A stretch of 63,581 bases of DNA, counting the filler, from Collodictyon triciliatum (lineage: Eukaryota), in the NCBI GenBank assembly GCA_043381765.1. It is 9 parts of 9 records of this genome, joined end to end, with 100 filler letters (N's around TTAATTAATTAA, not from the genome) between each part and the next. Parts side by side here need not be neighbours in the genome. Positions count along the whole stretch, not along the records: positions 44,156 to 51,410 come from JBHJMP010003990.1; positions 51,511 to 58,762 come from JBHJMP010003991.1; positions 58,863 to 63,581 come from JBHJMP010004049.1; 6 more parts are not named here. One strand, 5' to 3'. The notes under the pieces were generated by a model that saw only the letters and a program-made list of their open reading frames with translations, made no database searches and was not told the origin of the DNA. Position numbers and translations under genes: made by a program. Positions 51,189 through 63,581 of this stretch are shown here, piece after piece (position 1 is the first letter of the stretch; each line of letters opens with the position of its first letter).

Positions 51189-51410
51189 CTTGCGAACAAA
51201 AATGAGCGAGTAAATCGAATAAGGATATTAAAATTTAAGGGGATATATAACTAAAAGGTAATAATAAGAGTACATGGCACAACAGTTAAATACCACTATT
51301 ACAGCATAATAAAAGAATAAAAAAGAATAAAAAGAATAAAAAAGAATAAAAAAGAATAAAAAAGAATAAAAAAGAATAAAAAAGAATAAAAAAGAATAAA
51401 AAAGAATAAA

Positions 51411-51510
51411 NNNNNNNNNNNNNNNNNNNNNNNNNNNNNNNNNNNNNNNNNNNNTTAATTAATTAANNNNNNNNNNNNNNNNNNNNNNNNNNNNNNNNNN
51501 NNNNNNNNNN
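51411..51510. other. Artificial scaffold linker
   Basis: N44-TTAATTAATTAA-N44. Confidence 0.99.
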
Positions 51511-51675
51511 TCCATAAAATCCATAAAATCCATAAAATCCATAAAATCCATAAAATCCATAAAATCCATAAAATCCATAAAATCCATAAAATCCATAAAA
51601 TCCATAAAATCCATAAAATCCATAAAATCCATAAAATCCATAAAATCCATAAAATCCATAAAATCCATAAAATCC
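51511..51675 (+). repeat. (TCCATAAAA)n 9-mer tandem repeat at scaffold end
   Basis: Directly visible. Confidence 0.96.
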
Positions 51676-52418
51676 AATAAAGGAGAAGTAGAACACACGA
51701 ACATAGAATCTTTTCAATCCAAAGAAGGATATCTGAAAGGATTTTTTCGGTGAATTCGCTCAGAAGGGAAACGGATAATTTACTAATAAAATTCCATCAT
51801 ACCAAATAAGACATTTCCAGAACTGCTTACTAACCAAGTCTATTACGAAGTGTATTCGGCATTCCAGATATGTACACTGCTCTTTTTTTTTTTTGATCAC
51901 AACCACAAATCAGAGGTCGAGGAAATCATGGTGAAGATCGCATCAGCCAGCAAGAAAACTGTGTCTCGTCGAAGTTTTCCAGACTGCCGTAGATATCCCG
52001 AGTGCACAGAAACCCAACAAACTTGCGCCCGTCAGATGAGCCCGCACTGGTTTCCTCAAATCCACACATAAGCGCCACGACCTTTGCCTTCGCACTTTGA
52101 AGAAACACAGGAATCAGCTGAGGATGTGCCTTCCGCTCCAAAACGACACTCAGGCTGAGTCCAGAGTTTTCGAAAGCCTCTAGGTGCCGAGGACGTTGGC
52201 TGGGTTGCATAATCAAAGGAGCCCACCCGCAAATCAATTTGTTTGGGCCGAGACTTCTGGGCAGACTCTCGCGAATCATATAAAAACGAAAGACTATTTC
52301 TGCACTGACGCAACAGTAGACCACCGGAATACAACGAAAGGCGGCTGTTTCTGTGATATTTTGTTTTACTCTGAGGCTTCTCATTGACTCTCCTGATACT
52401 TTCACCACAGCAGGGCGG

Positions 52419-55400
52419 ATGGATCTCGATGCGCTCCAGCAAGCTATCCTGTGTCTCTTTGACCCGTCTACGCCTCCACAAACCAAACAAAGTGCCGAGG
52501 CCTACTGCAGCCAGGTTTTTTCTCCCTTGATTTCCACTATCCTTGCTCATGGAAAGACCCAAAAAATCAGTCTATTCCTAGTTGTTTTTCTTTTGCTACT
52601 ATCGACACAAAGTATTTTATCCAGTTCCACTACCACGCTAACTTTCCTCTCCTGGTAGGTGCGACAGAGTGCTCAACTATGGAGTGTTTCGTGGGCGCTT
52701 TACACAGACGCATCCAAGCAAAGCGAGATTAGATTTTGGGCCTTGAATGAACTGACGCAGTTTGTTCGGGATACATCAAAGTAGTTTTTTTTTTTTGATT
52801 TGCAGACATATTTTTTCTGACAATATTTTGATTCCATGTGGTTGATTACGTCATTTACGATACGATTAAGTCTTAGTCCATCTTGTTGTGGAGTTTAACC
52901 TGAACTTACCCGTAACGTATAAACCAGATACGCGACCCTTCCCGAGGAGTCTCGTGTCATAATTCGAGAGAATCTGATATTACAGTTGCGAAACCTGCCC
53001 CCTCAAGAACAAATATGTAAAACATTTACTCTACCGAATGCTTCACATCCTCTGCTACTTGCCCATATAAATAACTTCTTCCTTCTCTGTGAGAATAACT
53101 ATTGGACTTACGCGCCCATCCCTTTAGATATAAAAAACAAATTTGCAGCCTTAATCGTGTTAGTGTTGAAAGTAGACTACCCAGAGGTTGCAATTCCTAT
53201 CTCATTGCATATATTATCTTATGAGACATCCTTCCAACTATTCTTGCTAATTTGATCATAAAATATACATTCATTCGCATGATTGGGTGTTCAAGGTACA
53301 AAAGCTAAACAGTTCGCTACTTCTAATACCTCTAGAGATGGGAGGGCGCCTTTCGTGAAATATTCGAGACTCTGCACCACGGGCCTCTAATGATTGACAT
53401 GTTTCTTCGGATTCTCAACATAATCGATGAAGAAATAGTTCAGTTCCACATAAGCAGGACACTCTCCGAAGTTACCCACAACACGCTAATAGTCTGTTCT
53501 CACTTTGATACCGTTACCCCCAATACCTCCACAACTTTTTGCATGTTTGTCAATCCAATTATTTCATTTTAACTCTGTTTATCGTGATATCATCAATCCT
53601 TGATTAAATTCATCTAGAAAGACACGATGCGGGCCGGCGTCCTGGAAAACATTTCAAATGCGGTCTATGAGATAGTTGTAACATATCAGGGATGCCTTCC
53701 CGACATCGCTGTGTCGTGCTTGAACTCGTTTGAAAAGTACATCGGTAATATTTTATTTCAAAGCACTTGGACCCAAAAATACCAAGAGACAATATTCTCA
53801 TTATTTATTTAACTATTTCATTGACGCTGTCATGGGCTTAAATAGGGTGGATTGAGCTACCCCTCACTGCAAACGGTAGGATGGTTCCCCTTCTCTTTGG
53901 TTTACTCCAGAACCCAGCATTGAGAGAGGCTGCCTGCAATTGTATTCGAGAGGTAGCAAGCTTAGTTTTTGTTCAATTTTGTCAACTACTAACTCTTTCT
54001 GATCTATTTTCCTCTGCATCAAAAAATTCACTTTTCCTTACTCTGGCATTTCACCAGTTGGTGGTCAAAGGAATGGACAGTCAAACCCGAGTGGCTCTTT
54101 ACCAGGGGCTCCAACTGCAGTCAAACTTGAATCAATATATTCAGGTGAGCTATTTTTTTTTTTTTGCATGTGAAAATTAACAGATACGTTTTTTAGTTTT
54201 GTATGTATGTATGTATGTATGTATGTATGTATGTATGTATGTATGTATGTATGTATGTATGTATGTATGTATGTATGTATGTATGTATGTATGTATGTAT
54301 GTATGTTTTTTTCACCTTCTGTAAAAGAGAATATATAACCTATTTTTTGAATACAATCATTACATAAGCCTTCCGTCTAAAAAAAGCTTCAAGGTATTGT
54401 TTCAGATGGTATTGATCAAGAAGAAAAGGGTTACCAATCATTCTTTTTTCACTTTAAAGGGGGACGACTATGATTTTCATGAAAAGATAGCCGAGATTAT
54501 AACCTCGGCCTCGCAGGAGCTATTACAAATTTGTATTGAGGTAAGCACCCATCTAAACTACATTACAAGAAGCCAAGACTTAAGCAGGAGCAATATGCTA
54601 ATCGTTTATGATGTGCCTGTAGGTGAACAGAGATGACCCGAGTTCAGTTTCTGGTGAGTATTCTATAACTTAAGCATGTACTCCTCCTTCTTTCCGCTGT
54701 CGGGTTTTAAAATGATTATCGAAAGTGTTTATGTGAACCTGCAACTAGAAAATATTATTGAATTATCCAACAAAATACTTACTTTTCGTCCCTTTCGCAA
54801 TTCTTCTCATCTTTAGGAAATATTTTTATATCCCTTCCTTTTTTCTAACCAAAACCTTTCAGCTGCCGCCAGGGCTTACGATTTAGTCTTTGAGTATCTT
54901 CCCAGTTTGTATGCATTATTCGGCTCAGATTCTGATGACGTTTGTGAAATGTGTCAGCCATTTGTGGAAGATTTGCTGCAATACGTAACGAACTCCATAT
55001 ATCCATTATGCTCCGTCATACACTCGTGATTATGTTGGTTGAACGCACCTGAAGATAATGTTGAATTCAAGATAGCAAACACGTCATACGAATCGTTTGT
55101 CTAGCTGAAGAAATTCGCACGAGGTGCCAAGGAGATCGATGTGATTCAAAAGCTCCTCATAATTATATCAAACAAAATTCGATTTGATGAAGACTACAAC
55201 TTTGACGAACCAGAAGATTCGGAAGAACAATTTGATGAGTTTAGAAGTGTAATACACTTTTTTTCCTTCTACTAATATTTATTTTCTATTTCTATTTTCT
55301 TAAAATTTGCAAATGACAAATGATGTATCTTTTGGTTGCTTTTCCCAGAGTATCAGTTCGATTTTCAAGAATCTCTCAAAGCTCGCTCCGGAATACACTA

Positions 55401-58400
55401 TCCACATGATTGGCCAAGTGCACTTTATAACCTATGCATAATTATGGAATCGGCATCTGCCTAACCTGTTTTCTTGTGGTTCCCTTCCGAAACACAAAAC
55501 ATTTCTCTATGTATATATTCCTCCTAAATTTCGTCATTTGTTAAAAGATAATTTCCAGTTCGCTCAACCAGCCCACAGACAATGGGTTTCAAACTGTCGA
55601 ATCTGGATTGTTTCTCCTTTATCAATTCGGAGAGGGGTTGTCTGGTAATTTTTTTATTTACCATTTCTATTTTAATTAAAAAAAAAGGAGCCCGCTTACA
55701 TATAAAAAATGTTGAAAGCTGTACTACTATCCATCGTCATATTGGATGATGAAAAGTGATGCAATTGAAATGATGGTCTGTTATCATGAAAAAAAATCAC
55801 TCCTTAAATTGTATTCTATTAATTCATGTGTGTAGAGGACCTGGTAAAGCCTAATGGAGGCTTGGTTCCAATTATGACCATGTTGTCGACATCAGGTTAG
55901 ATTTTCAAGTAATTATAATATGGCATTCCAAACGCGTCCTTATTTTTTTTTATCTATATACCTCAATCCTTTATACCATAAACCAGAGCTCGCATCGCAC
56001 CCACATTCAGCAGTATTAGACATGTTTTACGAAAATGTCACGCGCTACAACCGATTTTTCATCCACCATCCCCAATACATCCCTGCCGTATTATCCTGCT
56101 TCTTAGGCACTAGGTAATCGCCTTAAATGAAGCTGACCGTTGCTGATGTTTTCCTCTATACTTCTCAATATTCTGCGCTGAATCTAAACCTCTAAATATG
56201 CATATTTTCACATAGCGGCATAAGACACCCTTCAGAAAAAATTCGGAGCCGAGTCTGTATCTTATTTGCGAGATTCTTGAAGAGCATTAAAGGATCCGTC
56301 CATCCGTATCTCGAGAATATGTTGACAAATTTGAGAGTACACTTTCATTACCATTGAACATAACAATATGCGTTTGCAGTCTGGCACCCATTTCCCTTCA
56401 ATAGAGTTTGTAATTTTTATTACTTGACCTTTACCTTGATAAAAATTCTATCTTTGTGGGTTTAAATACAGGAATGTTTGATTATATCTCTTCAACCCGT
56501 CCCCAACTTTATGTCTCATGAGGAACAAGTAATGTAGCATAGAATTTTTGGATATTGTCATATCATTTTCTTTCTCTTACATTTACTTATTCTCTGAAAT
56601 CCTCTTTCTTACAGAAACTCTAGATGCTTTATAATCTGCCTCTTTTATGGCCTTCTTTCTTACCACCATTTTGGGCAGGCTCAAGTTTTTCAGGCTGTCG
56701 GGTCATTGATTGGTACTGAATTGATTCCACCGCAAATGCAAGAGCACTATTTAGAAGTAAGACTCAATACTGTGCACTCACTATTTTCCTCTAGCACATC
56801 ACATATTAAACTACCATAAAATAATGATACGATAAATGGAGTTTACTATTTAGCAATTCTGAGCTCTGTTATGAAGCTATATTTCTGTAAAAGCTCAAGG
56901 TATACCACGCATAAAATTAGGCTATTATTACACCCATTCTGGCCCAGATCGAGCCATTAGCAAATAAGGAGCCATTTGCCAAAAACATTCCGCAAACAAT
57001 TATTCTATCACAACAGATATGCCACATAATAAACTCTGTAGGGCTGTTCAGCAAAGGTGCTTCTTAAGCGTCCTATCTTTTTCTCCTCTTATCTGTATGT
57101 TTCTTTAACCCCTCTGATTGGACTTGCCCGTTTTTTGTGCAGGATTCCCGAGAGTCGTTGCCAACAGCCGTCCATCAGTTATATCCTGCTTCAAGAAATC
57201 GTTAGCAGTCATCGTGTCTCTCATGAACCCATTCAGCAACGTCTCGGAAGTGCAGGAGAAGGTATATTAAACCATTCTGCAACTTTTGAGCATGCTTTCT
57301 TTTCCTTTTCTCACCAAGCATGCATTCAATTGCGGCCTATTCATGAACGCATGTATCACTAAACAAATTAGATTATATCTTTCATGCACCGGATGGTCGA
57401 TACTATCGGTGAATGTGTGACTGAGTTTGTTCCAAATGCCTTGACAATTCTGTTCTCATCTGAAACGCCCGTGTTTGTGGAGCTTATTCGACTGATTAAC
57501 CAGTTCCTCGGAAAATTTCCTGTAACTTTTTTTAATGAGAAATATGTGACTTTCAATCTTCCTATCCTCATGAATGTACTCAACATTTTTGATCAAAAAT
57601 TGACACTTTTTTTTTTTTTGTTAATTATACTCTCGTTATTTACATACTTTGTACTTCCAAGACACGGATTCACGGAATTGTGGAAGAGCTTTTTCTTTCT
57701 ATTCTGGGTCGGATAACTAGTTTGCAGCAGCCGCAAATATCCCAACTACGGAATACGTATGATTCACAATAATTCATTTCACATACAATACTTTATCGGT
57801 GGAGATGTCATTCTGAATTAACCCCTCAGCACCAATTTGAATAAACAGAATCATAATAAACCGTTTTGCCTATTTGCTCAAACCATTTGTATCTGAATGA
57901 TATGTATCCAATACGAACAGAGAGACTGAACGAGAGCGTCTAGAGCTTAAAAGGCTCATGTTCCAGTATATCCAAGCTGTCACATCCAACAGTCCTGACA
58001 TTCTCCTGACAGAGCGTAGGATTTCGCAAATGCCTGAAAAATATTTCCGCATATTAGTTACTGTCGCTCCTTTCTACATCCCATTTCTGATTAAATAACG
58101 ACATGGTATACAATACACATCTTATGCATAGGAAACTCGGCGCAGCTCATGCCTATTATCAGCATGGTTGTACAGAATCTTGTGGAAGAGCGAGAGATGG
58201 CTATTCGCAAGATATGCTGCTTTATGCTGAACAAGATGGTTCAGGAGTGGACAGGCCCTGGCGCCAACAAGTTTCCGGCGTTCTCTCAATATGTCTTTGA
58301 GACCATCGTCCCGGCTCTGTTTGGAAGCCCCGCACATCCAAACTTCGACACTTCGGATGCGATGTGTATTGGGGTGAGGCCTTCGCACTTTGACCGTTCA

Positions 58401-58619
58401 TATATATGTCTCTTTAGTTGACAAATACTTTCTCGCTTTGTCGAAGAGTCAAAGTCTCTACCGTCGCACAGTAGAGCATGGTGATAATCAGAGTCCATCA
58501 CACTCTTTACCTCTGCGCAGGTCTGGAATGAGCTATCTAATCTGCAGGTGCTGCTGTTTTCAAAGTTTGGTGAAACGTATCTCATTTACTTGCGGGACAA
58601 CCTCTTCCCTAGAATCGAG
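52419..58619 (+). CDS. XPOT: Exportin-T (tRNA exportin; Los1/PAUSED), 3'-truncated
   Basis: About 25 GT-AG exons. MDLDALQQAILCLFDPS..KQSAEAYCSQ, IKNKFAALIV..DYPE|RW, IDMFLRILNIIDEEIV, NTLI|KDTMR, YI|GWIEL, LVVKGMD, FYENVTRYNRFF, GIRHPSEKIRSR, SFMHRMVDTIG. Confidence 0.92.
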
Positions 58620-58762
58620 GTGGGTTGCTACATCAAAAATCAAATCAAAACAAATCAAAACAAATCAAAAATCAAAAATCAAAAATCAAAAATCAAAAAT
58701 CAAAAATCAAAAATCAAAAATCAAAAATCAAAAATCAAAAATCAAAAATCAAAAATCAAAAA

Positions 58763-58862
58763 NNNNNNNNNNNNNNNNNNNNNNNNNNNNNNNNNNNNNN
58801 NNNNNNTTAATTAATTAANNNNNNNNNNNNNNNNNNNNNNNNNNNNNNNNNNNNNNNNNNNN
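58763..58862. other. Artificial scaffold linker
   Basis: N44-TTAATTAATTAA-N44. Confidence 0.99.
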
Positions 58863-59073
58863 ACAAATACCGCGAAAAATGGGAAGCGAGATACTTGCGA
58901 GACTTTGAGCAGATGGAGAAATGGTTCTTTGGACTAGGAAAGGAAAAAGAAAAGACCATGTATCCTTCCTGTGCAAACCTGCACACTTTCAAACAAGGCA
59001 AAAAAAAAAAAAATTACAGGTTCACGAAGCCTTTTCAGAATTTATCTATTTCAGAACAAGGACTGGGGGATAG
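58863..59073 (+). CDS. 3' end of an unidentified gene
   Basis: Open frame from the scaffold start KYREKWEARYLRDFEQMEKWFFGLGKEKEKT, putative intron 58960-59054, terminal exon ITRTGG*; convergent with CCDC81. Confidence 0.45.
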
Positions 59074-59142
59074 GAGGCCAGAACACTTTCATTTTTTTTT
59101 TGTGCAATGGCGTGGTGGCGCATGTCAGAAGAGCCCGTTCGA

Positions 59143-62100
59143 CTACAACACATAGGCGGTTATCTCCCCTTTCTTTCGTCCGCGATGCGTTTGGGAATGA
59201 GCGAGCGCAGAAATGTTTCGTCCACACTCAATACATTGACTGTCGCAGCACTTCTTGGGTTCTATTTCTCCATGACCTGCATGTGTATGTGCCATTACAA
59301 AGATATCTTTTATCGGTGAATTGGGAAGTGTCAGTCATTACTTGGTTCAATTAACAAAGAAAATAAAGTCAATCTGCTTATGTTTAAATTGGAATCGAAA
59401 GGAATATTGTGCCTGTAAAAATTGTTTCTACGGGGATATGAGACTCCCAAGCCGGACGAGATGAAGCGAGCTTGTGAGACATCTGGTCTCTCCATGAATT
59501 CAACATACTGTCCCGGTGTGTAAGCTTTTGTTGCTTCTTCCGTGCCTCCTCCTGAGCTTGTTCCCTTCGATAAAGAAAAGAATTATCCGGGTTAATAATG
59601 GCATGAATTTGTTGTATCTCTCACGAAGGGAGGTAGCTTCGATCAATAGAAAAGATTCGGGTAAGTTTACCAGAAACATCATGCTTAATACAATCATTTT
59701 TTTTCCTTTATTCGATCCAAAGTGTAGCGAGGTTATGCATGCTTAATACAATCATAATGTGTGGTGTTTTTGTATAAATCCCTCTCAGAATTCAGACGTG
59801 GGTATATGTGGGCGAAATCATGACAAATTAATTGGCACAAACTTTCGCATTCTTTCAATTTCGCGTGCTTCGTTTTGAATAGTATTGGAGAGTAACTGTT
59901 GCTTTGTATTTTGCTTCATGCGAGCTTGCTCCATTTGCTTGTTTACATTATTGTAAGAATAGTATGATTACATTTGTAAAAATAAGTAGACAAAGTGAAA
60001 TAACGTTGAATTCATAATAAAAAAAATTATGCCCTCGAAAGGCTTACATGTTCCATTAATATCCGGGCATTCCTTCTGTCTTCTACCGAATCTTCTTCCC
60101 TTGCGAATAAGTTCCTTTCTTCAGGTATATCCGTGGTATTTCGTGTGGTTTTCCGGGAGGATATCTAGATATATTAGTTCAATGAAATTATTAGTAAAGT
60201 ATAGATGCAAAGAGTGTACTCGTAAATCGAAATGTTGCGGTACCTGTTCTCTCAAGACTTCTCTGTAAATCTCTTTCCTTCTGGCAACCTCTTCTTTTTC
60301 ACGGGCTTCGAGTTCACGAGCTCTACGGTTCTCACGGGGGTTAATTGATATACTCACTTCGCATTCAATACATACATACATACATACATACATACATACA
60401 TACATACATACATACATACATACATACATACATACATACATACATACATACATACATACATACATACATACACAAGACGAATGATTACCTCATCAAATCT
60501 ATGTTGATATCATCCCGCTCTCCTCGTAAATGCTCTTCTAGCTTTCTTCTGGCTTCGTTCTGCTCTATGATCTAATTTGTCATAGTCTCATGTGAGTATG
60601 ATGGTCAGAAAATTCTGATCAACCTTGCCTTCGATGAAAAATGCTTTCCGCACTTGGGCCTCTAATTCTCGAGCATACGCCTTTCTGGATTCTTTACGCG
60701 CAATTTCAGAGGCGATATGGTGTGGAACCTAGATTTCATGTCGCTTATGGTCAGTGCATAGGTTTAGCAAGTAGCTAAAATTGCAATTTACCTCTTCCAC
60801 AGGCAATCCTTCTCCACAGACTGGACCGGAGAGTTCCTAAACCCCAGGCATATGAGAAATAACTCACCCATTTATGATAGAAAGTGTTTAAAATGGAATG
60901 CAAGTTCTTTGAATCGAATAAACGAAAAAAATGGAATGAAAGTTCGCAGTAAAAGATCATAATGAGTAAGCAATACAAATTTGGATCGGTGAAGTTCTTT
61001 GTTGTATTCGTCGATTTCTCTTCTTAAATTTTGCTGGTGTATTTTCTCTTCCTTAATATTAAGATAGTATACCAATCCAAACATTAGTCATTTATTTGGA
61101 TCGATTTCTCCAGTGGATATTTTATCAAAAGGTTTCTTATTTTAATCCATTCAAAGTCCAAGAGGGCTAAGCCATACAGAGGGCTGTAAAAATTTCTATC
61201 GTTCATAAAATTAAATCTAGTTCGCTAGACTGTCGATTGTAGAAGAGAAAAGGTGTAGAACCTGTTCCCTTTGTTTGCTCAATTTATCCATCTCAATGAT
61301 TTGTCTCCCATATTGATAATCGTCGGCTGCTTTTCTGGATTCCTTATCATGTTGCTCCCAGTTTCGGTGCTTCCGAAAAGTGCAAAGGTCGCACACATTC
61401 TCTGCTTCTAAATATTTTAAATTAGTATGCTATCATACGTATTATTGTCGAATAAACTACTCAAGTAGATAGATAATCGTTTCATATGCGTATAAGATTG
61501 GATGTAATTTTAACTTGTTTTACTGATATAATCATGGCTTGCGTTAGGCGGTGTGTCTTGCGATGGCATGTGACTATAAATCGATGTACCAGCATAAACA
61601 ATATGTAAATTAAAGAGATATGCATATTGAACCTTCGAGATATTTATGCGATATGAAGTGTACTTTTCAACCGCAGAAATTACTTCGTTGTGAATCATCC
61701 TCGTCGTGTCAGATATCTCCGGTCCAACTTTTGCTTTGTCATCCTGACCCCCGGACTCCAATCTCACTGGCATCTCAGATTTTCTATTCCCGATATCCAA
61801 GGACTCTGTTTCAGCTACAGCCCCGCGTTTGGTGAGGTTATTTGCCTGTGCTTTGCAGGTCTCCTTTGGTTCCTTCCTTTGCAGGCTGGGTACTTTCGAA
61901 GCTGAAGAAGGTCTCTTGGATAACTTTGCGATATCTTGATTATCAGATCTTTGAGATTTAGAACACAGCGATACATCCCGGTGTCTTGGTATGGGGCTAT
62001 TCTGCCGTTGTAAAGTTCTGGCTATTGTCTCTGTATGTTGAGTTTGGTGGTTTTAGCGACGAGTATGAGTTTCTCTACGCGATATCAACTGAAAGGTAGG

Positions 62101-63451
62101 CCCAAAAATCAAATTACGGTGATGATTGAACCTAGATAACGTAAATACCTCTACTCAATTTTGAGGCTGCGGCAGGATATTGTGAATGTACATATGAATT
62201 ATCTCTAGCATTTCTCCGCATTGGGTCGGCACTTCTTGGTCGAGCTGGTTTCGAATCTGCTTTTCTGATTTTTGGTGTGGTAATTTCGTTCAGTCCATAG
62301 AAATGAAATAAAAGTTACCATGAAGTTAAAGGAATGAAATGGGCATGAGATTCAATTAACACAATTTTACTTTGGTGATGTCTTTGCCAAATCTAGGGGA
62401 CTTTTCACGGTGTGTGGATATGATGGATGCACACGTTGTAAGAAGGAAGGTTTGAATTTGGCTGTATATGCTCCATCCCAAATATTTAGGAAGCAAACTC
62501 CGAAGTCAATCTAAGTAAAAAAAAAAAACTTTAAGTATACCTTCCAGATTATTCTTCAAAATTTTGAAAGGTGCGCTCTTGGGCATGCATTAACTAATTA
62601 TGTTGAAAGTATTGATTTACAGGCTATATGTGCCTATATCTTCCTTTCTTGTGATGAATGTGACATTGGTATTAGAAAAAATCGAGATAATATGTGTCCC
62701 TGAGTGTTTTTTTTCCCTTCATTCGATTCAAAGTATGTGTCCCTGAGTGTAATGTTTTATCTGACCTGGACGCTCTGTCCTGAATTGGACGCTTTCCCCA
62801 TCGTCTGAATGAGAGAGTAGTAGCAAGCCTCGGTTACATCGCGTGGGAGCAAACATTGAATGGCAAACTTCCCCAGGTCGAGGTGACATGTAGGGATGTT
62901 GACTTAAGATTGAAAGGGTGGAAAATGAAATACAAATAATGATGATTAATCTTGTTCGAATTCATACGTAAGAAAGTATAGTTTTGATGTTTCCCCTCTT
63001 CGAATGAGATCCCGTAGTCTAAATATGGCAAACCTTCGTGTACTAGGGAGGCTTTTCTGATTCTGTGCAATGTTACAAAACTATCAGCGAGGAGAAGAAA
63101 AGGTGAGTGAGAACTTCTTGAAGGCTGTCGCGCAAGTTTCCAGCTGAATTTTCCGAACCGCGGTAATTCTACAGTCTGTAAGGATGATGAAATACGTGTT
63201 AGGCATCCAATATTTGTATTGTAACAGCTTCATTCGTGATAAGATAGCTATTTTAGTAACTAAATTGAGCAAGACTATGATACTTGTTGTAAATTACTTA
63301 TTGATGCACAAGGTAATGTATTAGGGTCATGACAATTATATCTGCATAATAACCAAAGTTTGATGTAAGACTGAGATCATTTGATGAATAAATAGACCTG
63401 TCCTTTGGACAGCTCAGCCTCGATGAAACGAAGAAGGTTATTCCAAACGAT
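59143..63451 (-). CDS. CCDC81: Centrosomal/ciliary protein CCDC81 homolog (HU-like N-terminal domains + coiled coil), 5'-partial
   Basis: IVWNNLLRFIEAELSKGQ|TVELPRFGKFSW..PFLLADSFVTLH, RDVTEACY..SVQ|IDFGVCFL..AKFKPSFL, central CDLCTFRKHRN, repeats YARELEAQ and YREVLREQ, terminal CCDSQCIECGR. Confidence 0.82.
59680..59755 (-). mobile_element. Micro-retroposon insertion with perfect 18-bp TSD
   Basis: CATGCTTAATACAATCAT (59680-59697 and 59738-59755) flanks the reverse complement of CATAACCTCGCTACACTTTGGATCGAATAAAGG+A7; intronic. Confidence 0.9.
60890..60945 (+). mobile_element. Micro-retroposon insertion with 18-bp TSD (1 mismatch)
   Basis: AAAATGGAATG(C/A)AAGTTC (60890-60907 and 60928-60945) flanks TTTGAATCGAATAAACGAAA; intronic. 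Confidence 0.82.
62691..62750 (-). mobile_element. Micro-retroposon insertion with perfect 17-bp TSD
   Basis: TATGTGTCCCTGAGTGT (62691-62707 and 62734-62750) flanks the reverse complement of CTTTGAATCGAATGAAGGG+A7; intronic. Confidence 0.9.
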
Positions 63452-63477
63452 CTAATCAACATGAAAAAAAAGTGAAG

Positions 63478-63581
63478 TTTTTGTTTTGTTTTGTTTTGTT
63501 TTGTTTTGTTTTGTTTTGTTTTGTTTTGTTTTGTTTTGTTTTGTTTTGTTTTGTTTTGTTTTGTTTTGTTTTGTTTTGTTT
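63478..63581 (+). repeat. (TTTTG)n microsatellite in a CCDC81 intron
   Basis: Directly visible to the window end. Confidence 0.97.

Noticed and set aside
36801-51410. Apparent defence island (Dicer-like next to ROCO-NACHT)
   Set aside because: The genes are on different scaffolds joined only by length sorting.

Overview
Eukaryotic (intron-rich, probably flagellated protist) draft genome. The window is not one locus. It is nine unrelated scaffolds of about 7.25-7.26 kb, sorted by decreasing length and joined by an artificial N44-TTAATTAATTAA-N44 linker, so neighbourhood across linkers is meaningless. Manually spliced genes: a signal-peptide LRR receptor built from tandem 69-nt exon cassettes, SHMT (5' part), a stand-alone secreted subtilase-propeptide-like protein, CHTOP, RRM2, OFD1, PTEN with a long C-terminal extension, ZCCHC17, a ubiquitin-like fusion to a bacterial-looking domain, TBC1D22, a type II membrane coiled-coil protein, the first 13 codons of SBDS, a helicase-less Dicer-like protein, an LRR-ROC-COR-NACHT protein, exportin-T and CCDC81. 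Four observations stand out. (1) A family of ultra-short (20-40 nt) poly(A)-tailed insertions with 17-18 bp target-site duplications recurs in introns on three scaffolds. (2) The Dicer-like protein has an intact RNase IIIa and a catalytically degenerate RNase IIIb. (3) A pseudo-GTPase ROCO is fused to an intact NACHT NTPase. (4) The LRR receptor is built from hypervariable exon cassettes. All family assignments come from motif recognition by eye; no database search was run.
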